Shown here in pieces: positions 40,320 to 51,800 of a DNA stretch of 64,000 bases; the first letter of the stretch is position 1; each line of letters opens with the position of its first letter. The notes beneath the pieces were generated by a model, which saw only the letters and a list, made by a program, of their open reading frames with translations, had not been told where the DNA came from and did not search any database. The position numbers and the translations under genes are program-made. Source of the stretch: Amphiscolops sp. MND2022 (taxonomy: Eukaryota); contig OZ076409.1 in assembly GCA_964187785.1 (NCBI GenBank), forward strand, positions 36,520,001 to 36,584,000. Direction: 5' to 3'.

Positions 40320-42437
40320 TGTCACGACCCGCTCCCGGTCGGGATTTCACTTGCTGCGGAGGAATACCGCAATTCACGCGAGGAAAAGGACACGGCAGAG
40401 CTACGCAACACTAAGTAAACTTTGTTTAATGCCTTACCTTTTATCCGAACAGCAGCACGAATTAGGTTTAACGGAAGCGCCACGTAAATTATTCAAAAAT
40501 GATTTAGACAAAAAGAAAATTTCCGGTTTAATGATTTCACATGCAATCATTTCATCACTTCCGGTTTCAACTGATGAAAATTCCATGTCAATCTAAATAT
40601 TAAAAAAGAAAACATCCTTAACACTGGGATTAATTTTTCTCTTCTCCACACTAAAATGAAAACACTAAAACAATATTTAATTCCGTAATCCCAACGGAAC
40701 GCATACAATCTAAAATGAAAGAACATACAAAGAAGATGGTGGAATTGTTTTCCAATGATTGAATAGTTGTGAATATCCACTTAAGAATGCAGTCAAACAA
40801 CTTAAGAGAATATTTACAACGTAATGGCAGCGTCACTAAGCTTGATTGAAAGGTAGACGTTTCTATTTTTACGGACCAATAGCGTCGTCTTTCACCATCC
40901 CTAATCACCATAGCAACGCCAATTGAGCGAGAGAATAAGAATGAATTTGTCAACGCTGTCCGCTCTGTCTCCGCAAGCAAGCACCGCTCAGCTATACCTA
41001 ATCTTAATACGTACGGAGCGCTTACGGAGCAAATTGTAATGCGAAGAAGCTATACCTAATCTTAATACGTACGGAGTGTTTACGGGGCGAATTGTAAATC
41101 GACGAAGTTATACCTAATGTTAATACATGTAAGACAAGCGTGGAAAATTCTAAAACATAGAAGCTATCCAAATACATCAGGATGATCCCGAGGTCATGTA
41201 GAATTATCCCAAGATATTTAAATTATCATAAGGTTTTATTTTTTCCACCCGAATTTTCCCCGTCTTAGTGATCGATTAAAATGGTTCGTGCTGTTAATTA
41301 GGATAAAAGTGAATCCTTACAAAGAGTGCTTCTTCCTATTCTGTATAAGGATGCTCTGTGTACTAATCACGTTGTAGAAACGTTGCTTTCATGAATATAC
41401 TATTTATTTGTTGCATTTATCAGTATTAACTGACTGAATTCATGTAAAGTTAGGTAGAATATTGTTGGTTGTTCTCTGATGTACAATAATCAGGTCTTTT
41501 AGTTCATATTCATCATTTTCCAGCATCATTTGTTCCTTCCCAAATATCACAATTTATCAACCCGAAATTCGTTCGAAATATTTCCGTAACAAACTTCACT
41601 TGTCATTTCTTTTATCGCAAGCTGAAAAGTTACTGTTCATAAAGTGAATCATCGTTCACGCCCGCGTGCTTTCCGCGATAAAGTTTCGACTTGACATTTG
41701 TTTTGCCGCCTTTCCCGCGATCAAACCGGAAATGATGTTAATGAACAAAAATGATTTCAACAAGTACTCCGTAAGGGAGCCGCGACTGGGAATTTTAAAT
41801 CGTGAACAATTAATTAAAGGGTTGAAATAATAGAGATGATTAAGCACTTTTGTTGAACAAAACCGATTTTTAGGATTCCTAGGAATTTTTAGGTGAGGAA
41901 CAAATGATGCTGTGAAAGTATATATACCTAAGAATTTGTAAATCTAATCAATCTGTTTTCCTAATCTACTCCGTTGATACTTCGTTTCGAAAACCATATT
42001 TCTCTGAAGAATTCAAATTTTTCCAAAGAACAATCGCTCTCTCGTTCTATCGAAAATGACTACTAGAAGCCAGAAGAGAAAAGCTGTTGAAGAATTAGTT
42101 TCCACCGAAATGGAGACCCCAATAGCTGAGGTCAACCAAAACCTAAATCCCGTAGCGGGGTCAAGTAAATCTCCTAGAGTAATCACTGAAAATCTAGAAG
42201 AAATCAAGTCTTCGCTAAGAAAAGAAATCATGTCTGATCTTACCAAAATCTTAGCCGAAAACCAAAAGGAGATGTTAAAACTTATAGCTGCTCCTGTTAA
42301 AAAACAAACTGTCATAGCCACTACTGAAGAGACAGATTCTGAATCCGAAAACATCCCGGAAAATGCAACTTCAACACCAATCAAAAGTAAAACCACTGTG
42401 ACTAATCGTAAAATCACCCCGGTAAATAGTCGTAACA
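40320..42437 (+). repeat. Gypsy 5' LTR (2118 bp)
   Basis: TG...CA ends with an 8/9 terminal inverted repeat; only 3 differences from the 3' LTR found by eye (41065, 41795, 42004). Confidence 0.97.
40990..41126 (+). repeat. 58-bp tandem repeat (~2.4 copies) inside the LTR (also 54605-54741)
   Basis: AGCTATACCTAATCTTAATAC-type unit starts at 40990, 41048 and 41106. Confidence 0.85.
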
Positions 42438-43468
42438 TGGTGACAGGAGTCCTCAATGACTCAACGAACCTCGGCAAAAAGAAAACACGACCGCACCGCC
42501 CACAAAGTTTGCCACCCAACGAACGGCCTTCAACATCACGCCTACTCTTCGCTCCCCAACCGGAAATACACCAGCTGCCACACCTACCCCCAATGCCCAA
42601 AGCACTCACTGCGTCATTGCCCGTATTCGATGGTAAGTCAGAAAAATTCGAACTTTTCGAGGACTTATTCAGGAACAACATAAAAATGTACCCACACCTG
42701 ACAGAAATCCAAAAAATCAACTACTTCCACTCACTACTACGAGGCAATGCACTACAGGCATATTGCAACCTAGATGATGCCAAAAAAGATAACTTAGAGG
42801 AAGTAATAACGGCGTTCAAACGACGCTTCGGAGATTTCCAATCTTCTGCCAAAGCGAGATGTGAATGGGACTCGCTACATTTTGACCCAACCAAACAAAA
42901 ATTACATGAATTTTTGGATACACTGCAAAAAACGGCTAAAGAAGCGTTCGGCTCTGAAGCACAAAAATTTATAGACAAGGCCATATACGCCAAAATGCCA
43001 GACCACGTCAAAAAGATCCTCAACCGAGCCTACCTCGAGGACAAACCCTATAATGATATTGTCCTACATCTCGAACGAGAGATGCGCCTTAATGGCCTAG
43101 GTGCCCCAGACGAAACCACACTAGTACCACTAAATACGGTCGACGTCGTCCCATCGGAACCAAAAAAGGAACTCACCCAACGAGGAAGCTGCTTCCACTG
43201 TGGTAAACAAGGACACTATAAAGCACAATGCCGCAAATTAAGAAAAGATCGTTACTACGAAACTAAAGCACAGAACGGTGTCCCCAAAACCATTGAACCA
43301 CCCAAACCAAAGTGCGACACTTGCGGGAAGCTCCACAAAACCGAGAACTGCTGGTACGGAGCTAATGCGGCGAATGACCCCAGAAAGAAACGTCATGAAT
43401 TCACAATACCCACTAGCCAAATCAGCGAACAACCAATCCCCACTGTTGAAATCCAGCCAAAAAACTAA
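42056..43468 (+). CDS. gag: Gag polyprotein, 470 aa (starts inside the 5' LTR)
   Basis: Capsid-like 'LPVFDGKSEKFELFEDLF...KINYFHSLLRGNALQAY...FKRRFG'; zinc knuckles CFHCGKQGHYKAQC and CDTCGKLHKTENC; AAAATG start context. Confidence 0.95.
   Translation: MTTRSQKRKAVEELVSTEMETPIAEVNQNLNPVAGSSKSPRVITENLEEIKSSLRKEIMSDLTKILAENQKEMLKLIAAPVKKQTVIATTEETDSESENIPENATSTPIKSKTTVTNRKITPVNSRNMVTGVLNDSTNLGKKKTRPHRPQSLPPNERPSTSRLLFAPQPEIHQLPHLPPMPKALTASLPVFDGKSEKFELFEDLFRNNIKMYPHLTEIQKINYFHSLLRGNALQAYCNLDDAKKDNLEEVITAFKRRFGDFQSSAKARCEWDSLHFDPTKQKLHEFLDTLQKTAKEAFGSEAQKFIDKAIYAKMPDHVKKILNRAYLEDKPYNDIVLHLEREMRLNGLGAPDETTLVPLNTVDVVPSEPKKELTQRGSCFHCGKQGHYKAQCRKLRKDRYYETKAQNGVPKTIEPPKPKCDTCGKLHKTENCWYGANAANDPRKKRHEFTIPTSQISEQPIPTVEIQPKN
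42438..42450 (+). other. Primer binding site, tRNA-Leu-like
   Basis: TGGTGACAGGAGT immediately after the LTR end. Its reverse complement ACTCCTGTCACCA differs by one base from the 3' end of the familiar metazoan tRNA-Leu(CAG) (ACTCCTGACACCA). Confidence 0.75.
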
Positions 43469-43512
43469 AAACGCCGCGCCTCCGCTTCGGGGAAACGGTA
43501 GACGCGAGGGCG
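43459..43512 (+). promoter_or_regulatory. -1 ribosomal frameshift signal joining gag and pol
   Basis: A-AAA-AAC heptamer (43459-43465) in gag phase directly before the TAA stop; 6-nt spacer; GC-rich stem CGCCGCG...CGCGAGGGCG (43472-43512). The -1 frame is open from the heptamer into the pol ORF. Confidence 0.88.
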
Positions 43513-46500
43513 TACACAATAGAAGACCCCCCAAATCGCTATGAAGAAGACTTCATGACGGAATGCAACGAAGAACCGACACAGGACTGGCAACGTCGTT
43601 GGAACGTAGGCATGATCCTCCGACACAATGCACGACACCCAGAAGACCCAACACCACTACCCCAATGGATAACAGAATCGCCCGATAACTACGCGACACT
43701 AAAAAGACCCCTACCAGAATCAAAGACTGAACGCATCTACATATATGATAAAGACTATAGATGTGACCCCTGGGATGAACCAGCCATCTATGACACAAAC
43801 AAACTCTCTTTTAAGATCCAAGTTTCAAATCCTCAAGCTCAAGTCACCGAGAGTACAACCCTACCAACACCTTTGTCACCAACCCTAAAAAAGACGACAC
43901 AGTCCTCGCCAACACCCGTCACCACCACGTACACACCAATAGATGCAGAGAATATTATCTGCATTGAAGACAAAACAATATGGTCACAACAAGCAAAAGA
44001 ACAACGCGGAGTAGCCGACCAAACAGTATCACCCCCAACAACAGCATCTGAATGGCCAAATCAGAACAACAATCACGAAGACGACGAAGTAACGGAATGC
44101 CCACAACAACTGCCATACGATCTCAACATCATAAGAGAATTCATACAACATGATAAAGATGACGATTACATCCCGTTAATGTCGGCAATTACCCTCAAAA
44201 AGAAGAAAAGAATGCTCTTTATCCCTCTCGACTTTGAAAACACTAGAATTGATGCATTAGTCGACTCAGGAGCCTACATCAACGTCATCAGTGAAAGAGA
44301 TGCAGACAAAATACAAACTGAAGCCAACGCAACCATAATCGCGAAAGCACCTCCGCCCCCTTTCAAGATACAATATGCCAATACAGAACTCGAAAAAGCC
44401 CGTGCAACATACACAATGCAATTCAAAATCGGGGATTACGCGTTCGAGGAGACTTTCATCATCATGACCAAAACCTCCTACCCAATCATTGGCCTGGCAT
44501 TTCTCCGGAAACATTCCGCAATCCTAGATACTGCACAAGGAACAATAGACTTTCCCAAAATACAAATCACTCTAGCCCTAAAAGATGAAAGACAGAAGTG
44601 CAATCCCAAACCCATCACTATCAAAACGGAAGAAAAACACACCATACCAGCACAAGCCACGCGGATTATCCACGCGTCCATCACTGCAAGCAATGACCAC
44701 TCAATAACTGGGACAGTTCAACCCCTACCGCAGTTCGACGAAAATGCAAAACTTATAGTAGCCCCAGCAATAACAACAGCCCGAGACAAACGAGTTGCGA
44801 TAAAAATAGCGAACACCACAGATTTCCCCTATACAATAACGCCACATACGAAACTAGCAGAATTACAAATACTGAAACCCGAAGAAACGAAACTAATAAG
44901 AGCAGTAGACATAGCAGCCCTCAATCTACTTACCGAACATGACGATGTTGTTGCGTACGTTAATGCACTCATGCAAGTTGATTCGTCAGACCAAACAGAA
45001 GAGAAATTCTGGTTCCCAACTCCTGAAAATCCCGGAGATGAATCGGAACACACACCCATCCAACAACGCATTCTACGAGAACTACGCGAACTACAAAGAC
45101 TAGAAGAACTGGACCCCAAACAAGACGAAAAATCTAGAACACAATTCCTCTCGCTATTCAAATGGAATGATTCACTAATAACGGGAGAAGACCGCGAAAA
45201 TCTAGAGTCCACATTAGTCGAATTCAATGACATTTTTGCACGTCACCGACTGGATATCGGAATGAACAACCAGTTCAAGGTATCCCTAACTCCCAAAAAC
45301 GACAAACCGGTATATACACAGAGTCTCCCCGTACCCATCAACCTCAAAGACGACCTCACAGTAGAATTGGCACTGATGCACAAATACGGGATCATCACAA
45401 CCCTCCCATTCTCGAAATATGCCAGCCCCATCTTCGCGCAACGCAAACCCAACGGAAAACTACGGCTCCTAGTAGACTTACGGAAAATCAACGCCCTCAT
45501 CTCAGATGACTACATAAACAACAACCACCCCATCAGCACCCTCTCGGACGCCGCACAACATCTAGCAGGAAAGCAGCTGTTCTGCAAACTAGATTGCTCA
45601 CAAGCCTATCACTGCCTCCAAATGGCAGATCAAAGGTCAGTAGAACTCCTTGCATTTAATTTTGCTAGTAGAACGTTTGCCTATCGTAGGCTAGCCCAAG
45701 GCCTTAGTAGAGCCTTGTCAGCTTTTTCGAGCTTCATGCGGGAATACCTCGACACCGTCATCAAAGCAGACCAGTGTGCCCAATATGTGGACGACATCGG
45801 AATCGCCGCCAACACAACGGAACAACTCATCAAGAATATCAGAGCAGTCTTCAAATGCATCCGCAAGGCAGGACTAAAACTCACAATTGAAAAATGCCAC
45901 TTTGGTGTCACCCAAATCGAATTCCTAGGGAGAACCATCACACCCCACGGAGTAGCACCGCAAGAACACAAAATCACCAGCTTCTTATCAAAAATCAGAT
46001 TTCCCCGGTCAAAGAAACAAGTCCAGAAATACATTGGATTCATCAACTACTACCGAAACTACATACCAAGACTGTCCGAAAAAATGATTGGAATGTATGA
46101 ACTCCTAAAAGCAGATGCCAAAATCACCATATCAGAAGAATTAGTCGACAACTTCAAAGCCATCAACGCGAGCCTAGCGGAAGCATGTGGGCTAGCCCTC
46201 AGACAACCAGTTGCGGGAAAACAATACGTACTAATGACGGACGCAAGCTTCCGGGCATCAGGCTACGCCCTAATGATAGAAGAAAATGACGATAAAAAGC
46301 TACTCTCCAAACGGAAAACTTTCGCACCGGTCGCTTTTGGTTCCCGCGTATTCTCGCCGTCACAACTGAAGATGTCGATATACTGTAAAGAATTCCTTGC
46401 AATATATCATGCATTCCTTGAATATAGTCACATTCTCTGGGAAACAACACTACCTACACTAGTACTGACAGACAACAGATCAGTAACGCGATTTTTCCAG

Positions 46501-48675
46501 ACAAAAACAACGCCACCTGCTCTCTGGAATGCCTGCGACTACGTACTCCAGTTCAAATTCCGCATCATGCACGTAGCAGGCTCGCAAAATACAGCAGCCG
46601 ACTTCCTGTCTCGACTCGAAGTAACTCCAAAAGAGAGAATCCAACTCAAATTACGAGACGATATCATAACGGCACCCATCGAGGTTAACCTACAGTCTAC
46701 AGACGTTGCGGACGAAGAACAACTCTTTTTCCTGCCAGATGAAGAAGAGGAATCAGAACAAGAAATTTTCGCCAGGAAAGCCCTTAGCAAACAACGAGCA
46801 ATAGACGAAAAGGAACAACAAAACTTGACAACGGAAGTCACAGAAACAGTGCACATACCTCTTAACTCAGCAGTATACGCCTTTGGAGCCATCAAAGAAA
46901 ACGCCCGCATTCGCAACGAACAGGACGCGGACCCGATATTAAAAGCATTGAAACTACGGCTGCTTCACGAAGAATACGACAAACACCTCCTCAAGACTGA
47001 ACCCAGAGGACGAAACCTACTACGTCACGAGGAAAGAATAATAGTCAAAGACGGAGTACTCATGCGTAAGTACTACGGAGAAGATGGCACAGTAACACAT
47101 CACCAAATCCTCATACCAAAACATATAGTACCAGAACTCCTATTGACGCTACATGGAAAAATGAACAAACACCCAGGAATAACCAAAATGATTCAGGAAA
47201 GCCGAGCAAAGTACTACTATCCGGGACTAGCGCGGAAAATTAGAGCCAGGGTAATCAACTGCCCAGATTGCATCGCCAACAAACGAATTGACACGCGCCA
47301 AATACGTCCTAAAATGCTGAGTAACACAGAATTCACATTCGGACCAGAAGATTGCCTAGAAGTCGATATACTACCAAACCTACCCTCATCAAACGGCTAC
47401 AAACACATCGTAACCATGATGGATGTTTTCTCCCGTTATTTATTCGCATACCCCACTCAAGACATGACAGCCAGAACAGTAGGACGATGCATAATTGACG
47501 TTATGACGCGTCATTGTTATCTGCCTACAGTGATTCTAACTGATAAAGGATCACAATTCCGATCAGATGTAGTAAATCAAATTGCACAGACACTTGACAT
47601 CCGGATCAGCCACGCGTCAACAAAGCATGCACAAACAATCGGCATACTCGAAAGAACGCATGCATCTCTAAAGACTTCCCTCAAGATATCAACGGGAGAA
47701 CGCCGTTCGATGTGGCACAAATACGTACAAATTGCAGTAATGAACTACAACACTAGTTACCACGAGAGCCTAGGATGTGAACCAACAACCGTATTTCACG
47801 GACGCATCCCGTACAACATCCTGGACATCAAGCTGGGACTCAAGCCAGAATGGAAAAAAGATGCCAACGAAGACCTAACGGACGAATTACAAAAGCAAAT
47901 CGCTGAAATCCACCAGTCAGCCAAGGACAACCTCATGCAATCATATTTGAAGTATAAGCGATATTATGATAAAAAAGCGACAGCAACGCCATTGAAAATC
48001 AATGACTATTGCTACGTCCTGAACCCGAAGGCTGATAACCAGTCAATAAAATTCGCTTTCAAAGATTGCATTTGGACAGGACCATATATAGTGGTCAAAG
48101 TCCTTTCCAATAACAATTACGTCGTAAGACGGACAGGAACTAGATATACGCAAACCCTCCATAGAATTCGCCTAAGGCTATATGCGCCCAATCAACGAGT
48201 ACCTGACGTAACAGTCAAAGTGGAAGACCAGCTTCCAGATCCCGAGGTTAAAACAACCCATGATGATTGGTACGCGCAAGCTTGGGAAACCGAATTCGGA
48301 GAAGTTCTGTTCGGCAACTCATCAGAGAGAGAAAATGAAGAAGCTAACATCACAGAGCTGCCAGCGGAAGACGCAAATACAACGGAGCAAGAAACAGTTA
48401 TAACAACTGCGGACGAAACTTCAATACCAGAACAAATTCCCCCCGGAAATGAAACGCCGCTCAACTTAGATGTCAGCGATAACCCTTTCATAATGACCCC
48501 ACCGCCTACAGAAAGCCCCCCAATACCGCCTACATTACCACCTATAGTAGTTGGGTATAATCCGAGAAAAACAGGAAGATACAACCTACGGCCTAATCCT
48601 AAACCTAACGCGCATCCTGACTTCCGGATGCTCGACGCAATCGTCACGGAAGAAAGCTCTCAAGCCTCAAACTAG
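43465..48675 (+). CDS. pol: Pol (protease, dUTPase-like insert, RT, RNase H, integrase), expressed as Gag-Pol by -1 frameshift; first ATG at 43555
   Basis: LVDSGA (protease); LRLLVDLRKIN, KLDCSQAY, LAQGL, YVDD (RT); MTDAS, KEFLAI, LTDNRS (RNase H); H-H-CPDC, EVDIL, LTDKGSQF, ILERTH (integrase); WTGPY motif. No stops over 1706+ codons. Confidence 0.97.
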   Translation, partial: LKTPRLRFGETVDARAYTIEDPPNRYEEDFMTECNEEPTQDWQRRWNVGMILRHNARHPEDPTPLPQWITESPDNYATLKRPLPESKTERIYIYDKDYRCDPWDEPAIYDTNKLSFKIQVSNPQAQVTESTTLPTPLSPTLKKTTQSSPTPVTTTYTPIDAENIICIEDKTIWSQQAKEQRGVADQTVSPPTTASEWPNQNNNHEDDEVTECPQQLPYDLNIIREFIQHDKDDDYIPLMSAITLKKKKRMLFIPLDFENTRIDALVDSGAYINVISERDADKIQTEANATIIAKAPPPPFKIQYANTELEKARATYTMQFKIGDYAFEETFIIMTKTSYPIIGLAFLRKHSAILDTAQGTIDFPKIQITLALKDERQKCNPKPITIKTEEKHTIPAQATRIIHASITASNDHSITGTVQPLPQFDENAKLIVAPAITTARDKRVAIKIANTTDFPYTITPHTKLAELQILKPEETKLIRAVDIAALNLLTEHDDVVAYVNALMQVDSSDQTEEKFWFPTPENPGDESEHTPIQQRILRELRELQRLEELDPKQDEKSRTQFLSLFKWNDSLITGEDRENLESTLVEFNDIFARHRLDIGMNNQFKVSLTPKNDKPVYTQSLPVPINLKDDLTVELALMHKYGIITTLPFSKYASPIFAQRKPNGKLRLLVDLRKINALISDDYINNNHPISTLSDAAQHLAGKQLFCKLDCSQAYHCLQMADQRSVELLAFNFASRTFAYRRLAQGLSRALSAFSSFMREYLDTVIKADQCAQYVDDIGIAANTTEQLIKNIRAVFKCIRKAGLKLTIEKCHFGVTQIEFLGRTITPHGVAPQEHKITSFLSKIRFPRSKKQVQKYIGFINYYRNYIPRLSEKMIGMYELLKADAKITISEELVDNFKAINASLAEACGLALRQPVAGKQYVLMTDASFRASGYALMIEENDDKKLLSKRKTFAPVAFGSRVFSPSQLKMSIYCKEFLAIYHAFLEYSHILWETTLPTLVLTDNRSVTRFFQTKTTPPALWNACDYVLQFKFRIMHVAGSQNTAADFLSRLEVTPKERIQLKLRDDIITAPIEVNLQSTDVADEEQLFFLPDEEEESEQEIFARKALSKQRAIDEKEQQNLTTEVTETVHIPLNSAVYAFGAIKENARIRNEQDADPILKALKLRLLHEEYDKHLLKTEPRGRNLLRHEERIIVKDGVLMRKYYGEDGTVTHHQILIPKHIVPELLLTLHGKMNKHPGITKMIQESRAKYYYPGLARKIRARVINCPDCIANKRIDTRQIRPKMLSNTEFTFGPEDCLEVDILPNLPSSNGYKHIVTMMDVFSRYLFAYPTQDMTARTVGRCIIDVMTRHCYLPTVILTDKGSQFRSDVVNQIAQTLDIRISHASTKHAQTIGILERTHASLKTSLKISTGERRSMWHKYVQIAVMNYNTSYHESLGCEPTTVFHGRIPYNILDIKLGLKPEWKKDANEDLTDELQKQIAEIHQSAKDNLMQSYLKYKRYYDKKATATPLKINDYCYVLNPKADNQSIKFAFKDCIWTGPYIVVKVLSNNNYVVRRTGTRYTQTLHRIRLRLYAPNQRVPDVTVKVEDQLPDPEVKTTHDDWYAQAWETEFGEVLFGNSSERENEEANITELPAEDANTTEQETVITTADETSIPEQIPPGNETPLNLDVSDNPFIMTPPPTESPPIPPTLPPIVVGYNPRKTGRYNLRPNPKPNAHPDFRMLDAIVTEESSQASN

Positions 48676-48841
48676 ATAAAAACAAATAACGAGCCAAACC
48701 GAACCGGAATGGCAACGTCAATTTTTCTCTCCACTAAAATAATCACTACGCAACAAACTAAATAGAATGGATATAGAATACTGGCCAAAGAAAACAAGAA
48801 AAATAACAATAGATACATAAAGTTATTTCGGAAGAGCACAC

Positions 48842-51800
48842 TCAGAGCTTCTTTATTCTATGCCGAACTTCAGGATCTTCGTTCGCCTTTGTCTTGCTCC
48901 CTTTAGACTTCTTCGAAGCACTCTCGCTGCCACCTTTTTTAATCACGGCCACATCTGCACTCACAACGCTCTTCTTTGACGTCGAACCACCAGCAACTGT
49001 TCCCACCGACGTGCCCTGTCCGCGGATCTCCAATACCTTCTTGCTTTTCACAGTAGAACTAGAAGTACTGCCAGTATCACTGACGACTGATCCTTGTCTC
49101 GAACGTGCCTCACGGTTAGCCTTGTTCAGCCCAATATAATAGCTCTCACAGGATTTCCGACGCTCCAATATAAAATCACGATATAGCGATCTATAACGAG
49201 TAATGAACGCATCCAGATCCTCTCCGCATATGTCACGCCACAAATCAAAATCAGCTGCAACATAGAAAGCTCCAGCATTTGCGATAGCCTCCCGGACTAC
49301 ATCCAGAGTACGATCCACAAAGAAAGTTTTGTGAGCATAACCCCAACTGAGCACATACGACTGGACTAACAGCAAACAATCACGAACAATCGCCGTACTA
49401 AAGGCACAACCACTCAAGTCGAGCGTCACAACAGGGGGAACAGCTTCGGGCACCCCGATCACCAAACAACAGAGCTTGAACACACGAAACAGATGCACTC
49501 GGGCCTGGAAACTAAAATCCCGGATAAGGTACCGGATAACATCTGGAATGTCACTTGCAGCATGTTCTTCACCCGCGTGTTGTCTCCGCTTCTCAATGAT
49601 GTAACTATGGTACTCCTCCACTGCAGCTGCTGATTCGTCCGCCTTCAACACTCCACAGGATTTCAACAGATTACACAAAGACGCAAACAACCCAAACACA
49701 GTGTGGTCATCACCCTCCAGCATAATCTCAGGGCAAAAACTGTAGAGTCCCTGAGACAGTTTCGAAGTTACAGCCATGTTCCGCAACAAAACCACCACCA
49801 GATGATCCAGGAAAGAACGACACTTTGAGCGAAAATCGCGAATCTCACTCGTCTTCCCTGCAGCCAGCTCTTTTCCATAAGCATAGTTTGAAAGGAATTC
49901 CTCGATTGGCACTGCTGCAAAAGAACTCAGTTTGCTCTCGTCCATATACGACTCCCAATCGTGAATCCCAGGAAGATCAGAAGAACTACGGGTCTTTAGC
50001 AGCAGGCAGTAAACAAAGTTGCAGATCTCACCATAACCGTGAAACCCGTAATCAGCCCGGCCCTGTTGCAGCTTCTCGAAGTTGAAAACAACTAAAACAC
50101 ACACGATATATCAGAAATTGGAATACAATAGAAACCCCAGTCGAAATCAAGCCGATAGATCCATTTCTCCTCTCAATCTGTACAATCAGAAAACATAATA
50201 CAAAACAAAAACAAAAGACCATACTTACAAAGATCGAGCACCTGACGGAGTAATCCGAACCGATAAACCATAAGGTTATCAGAGATTATCTCAAAATCAG
50301 TGCCCTTCAGCTAAAAAGCAACAACCAGTTAACCTACACAGTTCAACCACTGAAGACGACAAAGAAGAACAAAAAAAAAGAGAGAAAGAAAAAAAAACAA
50401 TAACCCACCCTGTCCACAACGTCTTTCAAGTGGGGATGACCAGTATATCGAATATACGGACGAATGGAAGGCCACAGTTCTATGAGGTCCGTCAGCATAG
50501 CGCGGAGATCACTAAAGTCAACGGAACCTGAGCGTACTGCCTTCTTTAGAATTGGTTTGTCCTCCACCCAATCCTCATGCACGACACTTTTCAACCGGAG
50601 GACCACATATTCCACCGCAGTCATCACTTCCAGCATTCCAAAAATGTCTTGGTGCGCTTGACGGAAACACTGCATAAACACGTCCTCGTTGAATCGTCGC
50701 ACCTGTAGAAACTCCCGACCATCGTCACGATTGTCGCCAAGAACGCGGAGTAAAGACGGGCTACCACCCACAATTGACACTGGTAGCTGCTGTGAACCAA
50801 CACTGCTAACAACACGTGCCAAGGGAACAAGCTCCGCGTCTGGAACTGGAAGATCCAATGACTGACTTCCCACACAGACTTTCTTTAAGTAGTTGCCCTC
50901 CCAACAGAGCACGTAACACCGCTCTTCAACCGTCGTCCTCTCATACTGAATGGCATACTCCTTAAAGCTCGCAATGCTCTTTAGTGTCAAACGCAAGACC
51001 CGCGGCGCAAGGCCCTGACACAAAAAAGACTAAAACACACAACAATATCATAACGGCGCCACCTAACAACCTACAAAATATACAAATATATATATCACAC
51101 TACCAACCACAGTCTCTGACCGACTCCAACCCAAAGCGTACTGAGGTGCTTGCGTCTCCAAAGTAGCACAGAAATGACCCCACAGGCGCCGCAGCAACGT
51201 ATAATCACCTCCACTACTCAGCAAATCGCAGAAGCTTGACACCAAAGTCATAAATGGCACTCGGGATGTCACTTGGGCATGTTTGGGCACTCGATCTTCC
51301 GGGAATGGAAAGCCCTCCGCCAAGTCTACGAAAGCACGAGCACTGAAATCAGCCAACTGGTTAGCGGACAGGACCATAGGCTCCATCAAACGATTCAGCA
51401 CAGGAAGCCCCATGTGGACACGATACGTGACATCACGAAACCAATGACCATCACTCCGGAAATGCCGCGCAAATTCACCAGCTCCTTGCGCTTTCATTCC
51501 AACGTCCCGATGACACACGCGACAAAAGAAAAATTTGTCGGAGCCACTCTTGGAACCAGATACGAAGATTTCATAGGCGGGATTTAGAGTCAGCATATCA
51601 CGACGCAACCGGTTCCGGCTGCTGTACTTCTTCACCTTCTTCGCGCTACCCAATCGCTCTTCCATCTTTGCAGCAAGATCTTGGAGACCTACAACAACAA
51701 ACAAATCCTCAGCGGAAAACAAAATAGACATACCGACGACGAACTCATGACAGCTTTCCAGGACAATATAACGAAAGTACCCCAACCAAAATTATAAACG

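Noticed and set aside
48300..48675. Chromodomain at the integrase C-terminus
   Set aside because: The tail is acidic and Pro-rich, ending in a RYNLRP motif, with no chromodomain aromatic pattern.
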